DNA of 64,000 bases from an uncultured Chloroflexia bacterium (GTDB lineage: Bacteria; Chloroflexota; Limnocylindria; Limnocylindrales; CSP1-4): contig CAVPPB010000003.1 of NCBI GenBank assembly GCA_963707215.1, positions 1,088,001-1,152,000 on the forward strand, written 5' to 3'. The notes under the pieces are model-generated. The model saw only the letters and a list, made by a program, of their open reading frames with translations. It did not search any database and was not told the DNA's origin. Below, in pieces: positions 14,154-24,611 of this stretch (within the stretch, counting starts at the first letter, position 1; each line of letters opens with the position of its first letter). Both the position numbers and the translations under genes were made by a program.

Positions 14154-14813
14154 ATGCCCGTGGCCCGCGCCAAGCGAACCGATCGTGCCGAAGCCCGTCG
14201 CCGCTATCGCCAGGAGGCGGCGACCCGCACCGAGGCGGACGAGACGACGCTGGAGGCTCCGGCCCGGACGTCGAAGGCGCCGGTCGCCCCTGCGCCGACC
14301 GGTCGACCGTCGGTCGTGGCAGCCTTCCGCCAGGCAGCCCGACCGGCCAGCCTCCGCGCCGACATCGAGTACCTGCCGACCCTCATCGTTCGCACCAAGG
14401 CGATCTGGGTGCCAGCCGGCCTGGTGATCGCGGCCGGGACCATGTTCCTGGTCCCCGACCTTGGCTCGAATATCGTCTTCGTGCTCGCCTTCCAGGCCTT
14501 CGTGGTCCCGCCGCCACTGGCCGCGTCCTTCCTCGCGGGCCTCCTGGCACCACGGGCCGCCTGGCTCGCGGGCGGTGTCGTCGGTCTGATCTCCGCCCTC
14601 ACCTTCGCGGTGGTCGCGGTGCTTTACGAGGGCTCCGTCGACGCCACGATCACCTCGGACCAGCTCCGTGACACGGTCCTGTTCGGGTTCGCGGTGGCGC
14701 CGCTGTTCGGCATCGGAGCCGGTGCCTTCGCCGGCTTCTACCGCCGGTTCCTCCAGTTCGGGCAGCCGGCCCGGCGGGGGAACCAGGGCCGGCGGGACTC
14801 GAACCGCCGCTAG
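14154..14813 (+). CDS. Hypothetical membrane protein
   Basis: Basic N-terminus then about 4 TM segments; GAGGAG RBS; TACCAT -10 at 14065. Confidence 0.75.
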   Translation: MPVARAKRTDRAEARRRYRQEAATRTEADETTLEAPARTSKAPVAPAPTGRPSVVAAFRQAARPASLRADIEYLPTLIVRTKAIWVPAGLVIAAGTMFLVPDLGSNIVFVLAFQAFVVPPPLAASFLAGLLAPRAAWLAGGVVGLISALTFAVVAVLYEGSVDATITSDQLRDTVLFGFAVAPLFGIGAGAFAGFYRRFLQFGQPARRGNQGRRDSNRR

Positions 14814-15001
14814 TCCCGGGCACCCGTGTCGGCTCGGCCGGACCGGGTCGTCGTCCCGCCGCTCCCTTCGGGTTCGCTCTCCGCCATCCGGGTGCGCCAG
14901 TCGAACGAAGAGGATGGCGGATGGGCCTCGCTCCGGGTCGAACCACGGACTCGACCGGAAGCTCGGGCCGGGCGCTCCGGGGTCCGGGGCGAGGCCGTCC
15001 A

Positions 15002-18000
15002 TCAGCCCATCCGGCGCATCCCCGCCCAGCCGAGTTGACGGACCCCCTCTGGCCGCGCCGGCCCTCCCTCGACCGCCGCCACCTCGGCAAGCGGCCTGAC
15101 CTCATGGGCTACCAGGTTGACCACGCTCCCCTCGCGCTGGAGGGCCCCCTCGACCAGCAGCAGGGCGTGGCGCCGCACGATCCCCCGCAGCCGCGCCCAG
15201 GTGTCCGGCCAGAGGGTCACGTTGACCATCCCGGTCTCGTCCTCGAGAGCCAGGAAGACGGTCCCCTTCGCCGTCATCGGGTGCTGCCGGGTGACCACGA
15301 GCCCACCGACCCGGACCGGTCCGGGCGGGCGGTCCGCCAGCGCCGCGTTGGGGATCGCCCCGAGCCGCTCGAGGGCCGGTCGGAAGAGCCCGACCACCTG
15401 GCAGCGGGCATCAAGGCCGAGCACGGCATAGCTGTCGCCCAGGCGCTCCGGCTCGGTGATCGGCGGCAGCTCGGGGGCCTCGGTCGCGGGCAGCCGCAGG
15501 TCCAGCGGACGTCCTGCCGCGCGGCGAGCCACGGGATGCGCTCGCCCGTCCAGGCGACCCCGCGACGACCCGGCGACCTCCCGCAGCTGCCAGAGCAGCT
15601 CCCGCCGTGGCCGGCCCAGCGAGTCGAGCGCACCGGCCCGGATGAGCCGCTCGATGACAGGCTCCGGCAGGCCGGTCCGCTCGACGACGTCGACCAACGA
15701 GCGGTAGGGACCTCGAGCCCGCTCCGCGTCGAGTCGCTCAGCCTGCTCCTCTCCGATGCCCTTGACCAGGTGGAGCCCCAGCCGGACTCCCCAGCCCGTG
15801 GCCGCCTCGGCGGCCCAGCGGTCGCGGGCCGTGGCGATCGGCAGGACGCAGGCGGAGGAACGGACCGGTCGCGGTCGCTCGGCGACCCCCGCGTCGGATG
15901 GCAGCGGCTCGCCGGGGTCGGCGTCGTGCGAGCCGTCGTCGCCGGCCGGGCCGGCCAGCGCCCAGCCGGGCCGCCCGACCCACTCGGTCGTGGTCCGGTA
16001 GCCGGAGACGTTGACGTCGACCGGGAGGACCGTGACCCCGTGGCGCTTGGCGTCGTTGACCAGGACCTCGACCGGGTAGAAGCCCATCGGCTGGGCGTCG
16101 ATGAGGCCGACCAGCAGCTGGGCCGGGTAGAAGAGCTTCAGGAACGCCGACTCGTAGGCGGTCCGGGCGAAGGCCGCCGCGTGGCTCTTGGCGAAGCCGA
16201 ACGAGGCGAAGGCGGCGACCCTCCGGAAGAGCTCCTCGGCGTCGTCCTCGGGCATCCCCTGGACGGTCCGGCAGCCCTCCACGAAGCGGGCGTGAAGCTT
16301 CTCCATCTCGCGGCTCGAGCGCCAGGTCCCCATCGCCCGCCGGAAGCCGTCCGAGTCGGCCGGGCTGAAGCCGGCCACCTCGATGGCGATCCGCATGACC
16401 TGCTCCTGGTAGAGGATGACCCCCAGGGTGTCGTCGAGGATCGGCTCGAGCGAGGGGTGGAGGAAGGTCACCGCCTCGAGGCCCTGCTTGCGACGCAGGT
16501 AGGGATGGACCGCGTTGCCCTGGATCGGGCCCGGGCGGATGATCGCGACCTCCACGACGAGGTCGTCGAGGCTGGCGGGCCGCGACTTGGGCAGGGTCTG
16601 CATCTGAGCCCGACTCTCGACCTGGAAGACGCCCACCGTGTCGGCCGCCTGAAGCATCCCGAAGACCTCGGGGATCTCCTCGGGGATCCGGTCAAGGTCG
16701 AGGCAGACGGCGCAGTCGTGCTCGATGAGCCGGAGGGTCGTGTCGATGGCGGCCAGCATCCCGAGCCCGAGAAGGTCGAGCTTGATGAGCTTGACCGACT
16801 CGACGTCGCGCTTGTCGTACTGGACCACGACCCGGCCCGGCATCGTCGCCCGCTCGAGCGGCGCGATGTCGATGAGCGGCGCCGCGGTCACGAGCATCCC
16901 GCCGGTGTGGATCGAGAGGTGTCGCGGGAAGCCGTCGATCCGGGCGCACAGCTCGAGCCAGCGCTCCCAGTCGGAGAGGCCGACGGTCGAGCCTCCGCGG
17001 GCCCGGGGCGGCAGCTCGGGCTCCAGCCGAGCCACGCTTGAGCGGGCGCCACCCCGGTCCGTGGCTGCCGATCCCGGCGAGCTCCAGTGCCAGGGTCGAC
17101 CGAGCCGGTCCGTGCCCCGCTCGGCACGCAGGCGGGCCTCGCTCGCAGGAGAGTCACCCGGACCGCCCTCGTCGTCCGACCGTCCACCACCGCGGATGGC
17201 CGGCCTCGAACCGTCGATCCTCGACCGGTGGCCATCGATCCGGGCGGCGTCTTCGCGGCGGGCCAGCCGGCCGTCGCCGCGCTCCCCCGCCCCGCCGGTC
17301 CGCAGCCGCCCGCCCCGGGGGTGGTCGAGCTCGCCCATCCGGTCGACCAGCCCACGAGATCCCGCAAGCGCCGCCGAGGCCGAGGCGCCGGCGTCCGAGG
17401 CCTCCTCCGGGCGACGGAAGAACTCGGCGAAGCCACCGTCCGCCTCGAGATCACGGCGCACCATCACCGAGTCGTAGGTCTCGAGCGCCTTGGCCACACG
17501 GTCGACGAGCGGTCGCGGGAAGCCCAGGGCGTACCCGACCTCCCGGACGGCGGAACGCGCCCGGTAGGTCACGACGTTGCAGACCATCCCGGTGTGCTCA
17601 GGACCGTAGCGCTCGGTAGACGTACTGGATGACCTCCTCCCGGCGCTCGGAGCTGAAGTCGATGTCGACGTCCGGATAGGTCGTCCGGCCCTCGTTGATG
17701 AAGCGCTCGAAGAGGAGGCGGTGGCGGATCGGATCGACCCGGGTGATGCCGAGCACGTAGGCCACGATCGAGTCGGCCGCGCTGCCGCGGCCCTGGGCCG
17801 GGATCGCCCGCTCCTTGGCGAACCGCATCAGGTCCCAGCAGATGAGGAAGAACTCGGCGAGGCCGGTCCGCTCGATGACGTCGAGCTCGTGGGCGAGCTG
17901 GCTGACGACCGCCGGGGTCATCGGATGGTAGCGGCGGCGAGCCCCCTCCCAGCAGAGTTGGGAGAGATGGCTGAACGGGGTCTCGCCACGCGGCACCTCG

Positions 18001-19125
18001 AACCCCGGGAAGCGGTACCGCTCGAAGCCGAGATCGACCCGGCAGGTGGCAGCGAGCTCGCCGGAGGTCGCCATGCCCTCGCGCCAGGCGCGTGCCGTTG
18101 CCGGGTCGTCGCGCTCGGCGAGCGGGTCGACGGGCGGCAGGGCCAGGAGGTCGGCCCCGCCCTTGAGGTACGACTCGCCGTCGGGCCTGCGGAGATGCCC
18201 GAGCTCGGCGACCGACCGCCCATGCCGGATCGCCGTCAGCACGTCGTGGAGCTCCCGGTCATGGGGGCGGGCGTAGTGGGTGTCGTTGGTCACGACGATG
18301 GGGAGGCCGAGCTCGGCGGCCAAGTGCGCCGTCTCGGCCACCAGCCAGTCGTCGTCGGGCAGCAGGTGGTGCTGGAGCTCCAGGAAGAAGCCGCTGCCGG
18401 CCGGGTCGTCGGCGAGGCCGAAATCGCCGGGCGTAGCGCACGGCGGCGGCCCGGGCGCCGTCGCGGTCACCGGCCAGGAGCCGACGGGCGATCTCGCCGT
18501 GCCGGCAGCCGGACAGCGCGACGAGCCCCTCGACGTGCTCGGCCAGGAGCGCCTGGGTGAACCGGGGGACCCCCTTGGTCCCGGCCAGGTTGGCCCGGGA
18601 GACGAGCCGGCAGAGGCTCCGGTAGCCGCGATCGTCGCGGGCCAGCAGGACGAGGTGCGGGCCCCGCTGACCCTCTCCGATCCCCCGCAGGTCCTCCCGT
18701 CGGGGCTCGCGATGGCCGGGCAGCCGGGGCCGTCCGGGGCGGGGGCGAGCCGGGAGCCCCTCGACCGCGGACCGCCCGTCGCCCGGATCTCGGTCCCCAT
18801 CGCTCGCGCTCTCGCCCGACCCGCCGCCGTGGCCAGCGGTCCGGGCCCGACCACCCCGTCGGCGGGCCCGACGCGCCGGGATGACGAGGCCGCGATGGTC
18901 GGGAACGGCCGGGTCGAGCAGCTCGATCTCCAGCCCGATGACACCATGCAGGCCGGCCGACCGCGCCGCCTCCATGAACCTGACGACCCCGTAGAGGCCC
19001 TGGTGGTCGGTGACGGCCAGGCCCGAGAGCCCCAGCTCGACAGCACGCTCCACCAGCTCGTCGACCGGCGAGGCGCCGTCGAGGAACGAGAAGTTCGTGT
19101 GGGCATGCAGCTCGGCGAGGTCCAT
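15002..19125 (-). CDS. dnaE2: Error-prone DNA polymerase DnaE2/ImuC; two single-base frameshifts (near 18422 and 17616), probably sequencing errors
   Basis: ELHAHTNFSFLDGAS PHP start, GRGSAA, PDVDIDF, KLDLLGLGML, FGFAKSHAAAF, QPMGFY, OB fold FLALEDETG; removing one base at each break restores YARRFGLADD and YERYGPEHTGMVCN. Confidence 0.93.
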
Positions 19126-19137
19126 CGGACCCTCGAC

Positions 19138-19157
19138 TATAGAACATCCGTTCTATA
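19138..19157. promoter_or_regulatory. LexA (SOS) box of Gram-positive type overlapping the dnaE2 -10
   Basis: TATAGAAC-atcc-GTTCTATA (GAAC-N4-GTTC); minus-strand TATAGT at 19136-19141. Confidence 0.88.
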
Positions 19158-19224
19158 CCAGGAAGGTCCGATCGGCCCTTGGGCGAGCCCCCTTCCACGG
19201 CCCGACCGAACCCTCCTCGGCGCC

Positions 19225-19252
19225 GAAACAATCCGCGGATCCTCGGCGTCTA
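19225..19252 (+). promoter_or_regulatory. ECF-sigma-like promoter upstream of micro-ORF 1
   Basis: GAAAC-N17-CGTCTA. Confidence 0.45.
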
Positions 19253-19278
19253 CTTCGCACGATGGAGGGTGGAGCACG

Positions 19279-19422
19279 ATGAACGCGCCAAGCACGATGA
19301 ACGGGCAGGGCACCGTCATCCGGTTCGTCATCCAGCGAGTCGCCCTGGTCGCCCTGGCGGTCGCCCTGATCCTCGTCCTGTATCCGGCCCTCCTGCAGGC
19401 GATCGCCCCCGCGACCCGCTGA
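19279..19422 (+). CDS. Small single-TM protein 1 (47 aa)
   Basis: MNAPSTMNGQGTVIRFVIQRVALVALAVALILVLYPALLQAIAPATR; GGAG RBS; GC3-rich codons. Confidence 0.6.
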   Translation: MNAPSTMNGQGTVIRFVIQRVALVALAVALILVLYPALLQAIAPATR

Positions 19423-19622
19423 TCCGCAACCAACGGGACGCCGGCCCGGCTGGGGTACGGCCCGGCGATCCGCCGGAGGACGGTGAGCGACCTCCGGCCG
19501 CGAAGCCCCGTCGTCGCGATGACGGCGGGGCTTCGCCACGTCCGGAGCGGTAGGATTGGGCGCACCATCGAACCGTCCGGGCCTGGCCCGGATGTCGTCC
19601 GGACCCGGAGGACCCTCGCCCC

Positions 19623-19721
19623 ATGGAGCCTCGGCCTCGGGACTTCGCCGCCATCGCCGTGCTGGTGCTCGTCCTCGTCGCGCTCGTCGTACTGCTGGTC
19701 GCCGCCGCCGGAGCGGGCTGA
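19623..19721 (+). CDS. Small single-TM protein 2 (32 aa)
   Basis: MEPRPRDFAAIAVLVLVLVALVVLLVAAAGAG; GGAGG near 19607; TAGGAT -10 at 19551. Confidence 0.6.
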   Translation: MEPRPRDFAAIAVLVLVLVALVVLLVAAAGAG

Positions 19722-19821
19722 CCCGGCGACGCGCCCGTCGTGGCCGGGCGCGGTATCCTGCGGGCTGACGGGCGCCGGGTGGCCGGCGCACCGATCGGCA
19801 TCCACCGGGGGGTTCCTTGCC

Positions 19822-19926
19822 ATGCAGACGACCGGCCCGAAAGACCTTCGGGCGCTCCTCCTGGTCGTTGGGATGTTCCTGATCCTCCTCGTCGCGGTGA
19901 CGCTGCTGGGACCGGCGTCGACCTAG
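19822..19926 (+). CDS. Small single-TM protein 3 (34 aa)
   Basis: MQTTGPKDLRALLLVVGMFLILLVAVTLLGPAST; G-run RBS; TATCCT -10 at 19754. Confidence 0.6.
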   Translation: MQTTGPKDLRALLLVVGMFLILLVAVTLLGPAST

Positions 19927-19970
19927 GACACGATCGACCCCGGGGCAGGGCATGCGCCACGGCTCCCGGC

Positions 19971-20219
19971 TCAGTCGTAGAGCCGCTCGAGGTGCCAGGT
20001 CCCGGCGATGCGGTCGAAGTAGACGAGGGCCAGCCAGGCCCGCCCGGCGACCTTGAAGTAGTCCCGGGCGATCGGTCGGCCCCACCAGCCGTCCTCGACG
20101 CGCCACCGGTTGCAGACCTCGACCGGCTCCCGGCGACCGTTCCAGCGGATGGCCACGAGCCGTCCCTGATCATCGAGCTCGGGCGCGATGGCAGGATGTT
20201 CGCGGAGCAGCCGGGTCAC
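19971..20219 (-). CDS. DUF6504-like protein resembling the ImuB C-terminal domain
   Basis: IRWNGR..RWRVEDGWW..RDYFKV..WHLERLYD; GTGA overlap with imuB. Confidence 0.8.
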   Translation of the reverse strand: MTRLLREHPAIAPELDDQGRLVAIRWNGRREPVEVCNRWRVEDGWWGRPIARDYFKVAGRAWLALVYFDRIAGTWHLERLYD

Positions 20220-21517
20220 GGCCCGTCCTCCCGGTGGCGCCGCCCTTCGTGACCGACCGACGGCTCGCCGACCGGCTGCCAGCGGACCCGACCCTCGGGT
20301 AGCGGCGCCTCCGGGTCGAGGAGCTCCGGCCGGAGCACGCGGTCCTGGCCGAAGCGGAGGGCGAGGCGCGCGAGCTGCCAGCTCAGCCGAGCGCCACGGG
20401 CGGCCTGGGGAACGAAAAGGGACAGCTGGTGGCCGGCCGCAGGGCCGATCCCCAGAAGCTCGATCTCCATCCGCTCGACGGGTGCCGGCGGCGGCTCCCG
20501 CTCCAGGCGGGCGAGGACGAGGCGCTCGATCGCCTCGGCGTCGGAGGTGGGCTCCGGGAAGCGCTGGTCGAGCTCGAGCCGAGCCGGACCCCCACGAACG
20601 GAACCTGCCTCGAGCGCGAGCCGGACCTGGACCCGCTCGGCCGCAGCACCCCTGGTGAGGAGCTGGTCGGCGAGGGCGCCGGCCAGGCGACGAAGGAAGA
20701 AACGGAGCGGCTCCAGGTCGCTGACCGCAGGCTCGAGCGGGAGCGCCAGGAGGGCCCGCTCGGGGCTGCGGCGTGGGCGGAACGGGTCGGTCTCCAGGCC
20801 GGTCGCCCGGGCATGGAGACGATCTCCCTCGGGACCGAACCGGGCGACGAGCGACGACCGCGGGATGGCCGCCACCGCTCCGACCTGGCGAAGCCCGAAC
20901 CGGGCCAGACGAGCCCGGATCTCCGGGTCCCCCGAGAGGAGCGTGGAGGGCAGCGGAGCCAGGAAGGCGACGTCATCACCCGGAGCCACGACGATCGGGC
21001 GGCCAGGAGCGGCGAGCGTCGCTGCGGCCATGGCCGAGAAGCGAGTCCCGGCGATCCCGGCCCTGGGCCGGCCGGGAAGGACCGGGCCGAGCGCCTCAGT
21101 GAGCCGGCCGACCAGGATCTCGTCCGGCCCCCAGAGACGGTCGAGACCGTCGATCTGGACCTCGACCCGCCCGAACGCTCGATCGCCAGGATCCACCGAG
21201 GCAGCCAAGCCGGGGCTGAAGGCGCCGAGACGGTCGAGGGCTGCCTCGATGGCGGCCGTGTCGGACTCAGGATCGGGGTCGAGGAAGGCCGCCTCGGGAG
21301 CCAGCCGATGCGCCGCGCCGAGGGCCATCCCCCTCCGGACCCCGAGGGCCCGGGCGGCCGGGTCGGCATCGAGGACCACCCCGTCGCCCCACGGTGGACC
21401 GCCCAGCACGATCGGCCCGTCCGGGAAGCGCCCGGAAGGGTCGGACGGTGCCGCGATCTGGCGGGCCGTGGCGAGGAGGATGAGCAGGTTCGGCCAATGA
21501 AGATGGAGGAGGCGCAT
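20216..21517 (-). CDS. imuB: ImuB, inactive Y-family polymerase-like protein
   Basis: ARALGVRRGMAL, LARFGL, LVARFG; no catalytic acidic motif; beta-clamp motif QLSLF; start MRLLHLHW. Confidence 0.85.
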   Translation of the reverse strand: MRLLHLHWPNLLILLATARQIAAPSDPSGRFPDGPIVLGGPPWGDGVVLDADPAARALGVRRGMALGAAHRLAPEAAFLDPDPESDTAAIEAALDRLGAFSPGLAASVDPGDRAFGRVEVQIDGLDRLWGPDEILVGRLTEALGPVLPGRPRAGIAGTRFSAMAAATLAAPGRPIVVAPGDDVAFLAPLPSTLLSGDPEIRARLARFGLRQVGAVAAIPRSSLVARFGPEGDRLHARATGLETDPFRPRRSPERALLALPLEPAVSDLEPLRFFLRRLAGALADQLLTRGAAAERVQVRLALEAGSVRGGPARLELDQRFPEPTSDAEAIERLVLARLEREPPPAPVERMEIELLGIGPAAGHQLSLFVPQAARGARLSWQLARLALRFGQDRVLRPELLDPEAPLPEGRVRWQPVGEPSVGHEGRRHREDGP

Positions 21518-22482
21518 CGGACCCGACCGGGATGGGAAGCGAGGTGAACGGCTCGATGGGGATGCCGGGCGGCGCGATGACGCGTGCCGGGCCGGAGGGA
21601 TCGGCGACCGGCCCCGGTGGCCATCCGGCCAGGAGCGGGTCGCTCCGCAGGCAGGTGTCGCGCGGCCCGCCTTCCGCGTAGAGGATGCGCAGGACGGCCC
21701 TGCCTCCCGGAGGGCCATGGCGGTTACGGGCGACGACCACCCGGGTCAGCTGACCGACGATCTCGCGCCCCAGCCGGACCCAGCCCTGTCGGGCAAGCTC
21801 CAGGCGAAGCCCGGCCCCGATCGGGTCCGTGGTCGACGAGGTGATGCCGGGTGGCTCCAGGACCACCAGGAGGATCCCGGCTCGACGAGCGAGTGCCCCG
21901 AGACGAGCCAGGCGCTCGGTGACGCGACCACCAGCGGCCCGCCTCGGCAGATCGACGACGAGCAGGTCCACCGCCCGGGCCTGGAGGAGCGTCCCTGCCA
22001 TCTCCAACCCCTCGTCGAGGTCGATGGGAGCGAGGACGGCCAGCCACTCGAGTCGGATCCCCCGGGCCACCGCCTCGACCGGATCGAGGCTGCGGGTCAG
22101 GTCGAGCCAGGCGGCGATCGACCCGACCGCCTGGGCCTCGGCCACCAGGCGGAGCGCCAGCGTGGTCCGGCCGCTCGTGGCATCGCCCCGCAGGGTGACC
22201 GAGGCGGTCCGGGGGATGCCGCCGGGGCCCAGGATGGCGTCGAGTCCAGGGAAACCCGTGGACACGACCGGGATCGCTGGGCGCCGGCCCGGGCATCGGG
22301 GCCCGGTCGGGAGCCGGAGCTCGTGGAGCCTCGGGCTCGCTCTCCCGGGGCAGGGGGACCGTGGCGAGCGAGCCGACGGTCCCCCCGAATGCCTCCTCGC
22401 CGCGTCGCGGTGCCGCCGTCCCCCAGCGCTCCCGGAGGCTGGCGAGGGCGGTCCCGACGGCCGGACGATCGACGGCGCTCAT
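21267..22482 (-). CDS. imuA: ImuA/RecA-like protein with a frameshift near 22270
   Basis: STGFPGLDAILGPGGIPR, degenerate Walker A GDATSGRTT, AWLD, LLVVD, VVARNR; N-terminus MSAVDRP..LRERWG is in another frame. Confidence 0.8.
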
Positions 22483-22490
22483 GGCCCATG

Positions 22491-22519
22491 ATGATAGAAC
22501 GGATGTTCTATAGAGACAA
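22491..22519 (-). promoter_or_regulatory. imuA promoter with an overlapping LexA box
   Basis: TTGTCT-N17-TATCAT; ATAGAAC-ggat-GTTCTAT at 22494-22511 covers the spacer and -10. Confidence 0.88.
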
Positions 22520-22696
22520 GTCCTGGACTGCCGGGCGGGACGCCACTGCGGCCCGGGCAGACGGCCCGGAGGATGGCCGATGCACGGGATCGATCGCGCC
22601 GGGCCGGAGCCGGACACGGGTTCCGCAAAGGGACCCGGCCACCCGTCACCGAGCCGTCACGGAGGCCCCCTAGCCTCGTCCCCTACGATGCTCACG

Positions 22697-23435
22697 ATGA
22701 CCGCCACCGCCCAGACCATCCTGGTCGTCGACGACGACCCCAAGATCCGCCAGCTCGTCCGGACCTATCTCGAGCGCGACGGCTACACGGTCGAGACCGC
22801 CGCGGACGGCCAGGAGGCGCTCGCAGCCATCGAGCGCGAGCGGCCGGCCCTCGTCGTCCTCGACCTGATGCTCCCCGAGATCGACGGCCGGGCCGTCATC
22901 CGGGCGGTCCGGGCCGACGCCGACGATCCGGACGTGCCGATCCTCATCCTCTCCGCGCGCGGCTCTACCGCCGACCGGATCGCCGGCTCGAGGATGGCGC
23001 GGACGACTACCTCCCCAAGCCCTTCTCCCCCTCCGAGCTGGTCCTTCGCGTCGGGGCGATCCTGCGGCGGGCCGGCGGCACGCCCGAGCCGATCAGCGGG
23101 CCGGCCCGGCCGCCGCTGGTCCACGGCGACCTGGTCGTCGATCGCGACCGCCACGAAGCCCGGATCGCCGGCGCCATCGTCCCGCTGACCCGCGTGGAGT
23201 TCCGCCTCCTCGTCGACCCTCCTCGAGGCCGACGGACGGGTCCTCACACGCGACCAGCTCCTCGACGCCGTCCACGGCGCGGACCAGGTCGAGATCCTCG
23301 ACCGGACCATCGACGTCCACATCCGCCGCCTCCGGGACAAGCTCGCCGACGACCCGGAGCAGCCGCGCTACGTGGCGACGGTCCGGGGTGTCGGCTACCG
23401 CGCGGCGCCGGTCGAGGAGACGGGACGTGCGGTGA
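22697..23435 (+). CDS. OmpR-family response regulator (frameshifted)
   Basis: ILVVDDD, VLDLMLP, GADDYLPKPFS, LTRVEF, RTIDVHIRRLRDKL, TVRGVGYR spread over several frames; TACGAT -10 7 nt before the ATG. Confidence 0.85.
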
Positions 23436-24548
23436 CCCAGCGGCCCCGGGGCAGGCTGGCCGTCCGCGACCGCGCGCCCCTGGGCGGCGAGCGCGCTGGC
23501 GGCCGCCGGAGGTCGGCCTGGCCGATCCTGGCCGCCGCCGTGGTGGGCTCGCCATCGTCATCTCGGCGGCTCTGGCTCGGATGCGGCCGTTCACCGACAT
23601 GATGGTCGACGCTGGGGACTCAGCCGCCCACGCCCAGGACATGTACGACTCGACGGTGACGAGGGTCGCCATCATCGCGCGCCCTGGTCGCCGTAGCGGC
23701 CAGCCTCGGCCTGGCCGCCTTCCTGGCCGGTCGACTCGCCAGACCGCTCGAGGCCATCGGCCGTGGCGCCCGCCGGGTCGCCGAGGGCGACTACTCGGCG
23801 CGCGTCCCGCGGGAGGGTCCCGAGGAGCTCGTCAGCCTGGCCGACTCGTTCAACCAGATGGCGACCAGCCTGGAGGACCAGGAGCGGCTCCGTCGCGAGT
23901 TCATCGCCAACGCCGCCCACGAACTGCGGACGCCGCTGACCAATCTCCAGGGCTACCTGGAGGCGCTCCGGGACGGGGTCATCTCCGCCGACCGCTCGAC
24001 GTACGAGTCGCTGTGGGAGGAAGCCGACCGGCTCGTCCGCCTGTCGCGCGCCCTCGACGCCCTCGCCGACGGCGACGCTCGGGGCAGTTCACCGGAGCTG
24101 GCCGAGCTCGACCTGGCAGCGGCGATCCGCTCGGCCGCCGATCTCGCCGCGCCGTCCTTCGAGCGGGCCGGCCTCTCGCTGGCCGTTGACGTCCCGGATA
24201 CGCTCCCGGCGCGGGCGAACCCCGACCACCTGGCCCAGGTCCTGGCCAACCTGCTCTCGAACGCGTCGCGCTATTCATCGACGGGCGGGACCGTTACGAT
24301 CCGGGCCGAGCGACGGCCGGCGGACCTGCTCGTCACGGTCGCCAACCCGTCCGATGCGATCCCGGCCGAGGACGTGCGCCCACCTGTTCGAGCGGTTCTA
24401 TCGGGTCGAGAAGTCCCGCGATCGCGCCCGTGGGGGCGCGGGCATCGGGTTGGCCATCGTCAAGCAGCTCGTCGAGTCGACGGGTGGCCGTGTCGGCGCG
24501 AAATCGGCCGACGGTCTGACCCGGGTCTGGTTCAGCATCCCCGGCTGA
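23432..24548 (+). CDS. HAMP-domain sensor histidine kinase, BaeS-like (frameshifted)
   Basis: LADSFNQMA, NAAHELRTPLT, NLLSNA, FERFYRVEKSR, GAGIGLAIVK. Confidence 0.85.
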
Positions 24549-24611
24549 TACCGCGCGGCGACGGGCCTGGCGCCCGCCGGTGACACCCCGGACGATCGCG
24601 CCGTCCGGTCC

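Noticed and set aside
16990-17410. DnaE2 insertion as an intein, or dnaE2 as a naturally split gene
   Set aside because: No Cys/Ser start with His-Asn end and no endonuclease motif; each break is repaired by removing one base
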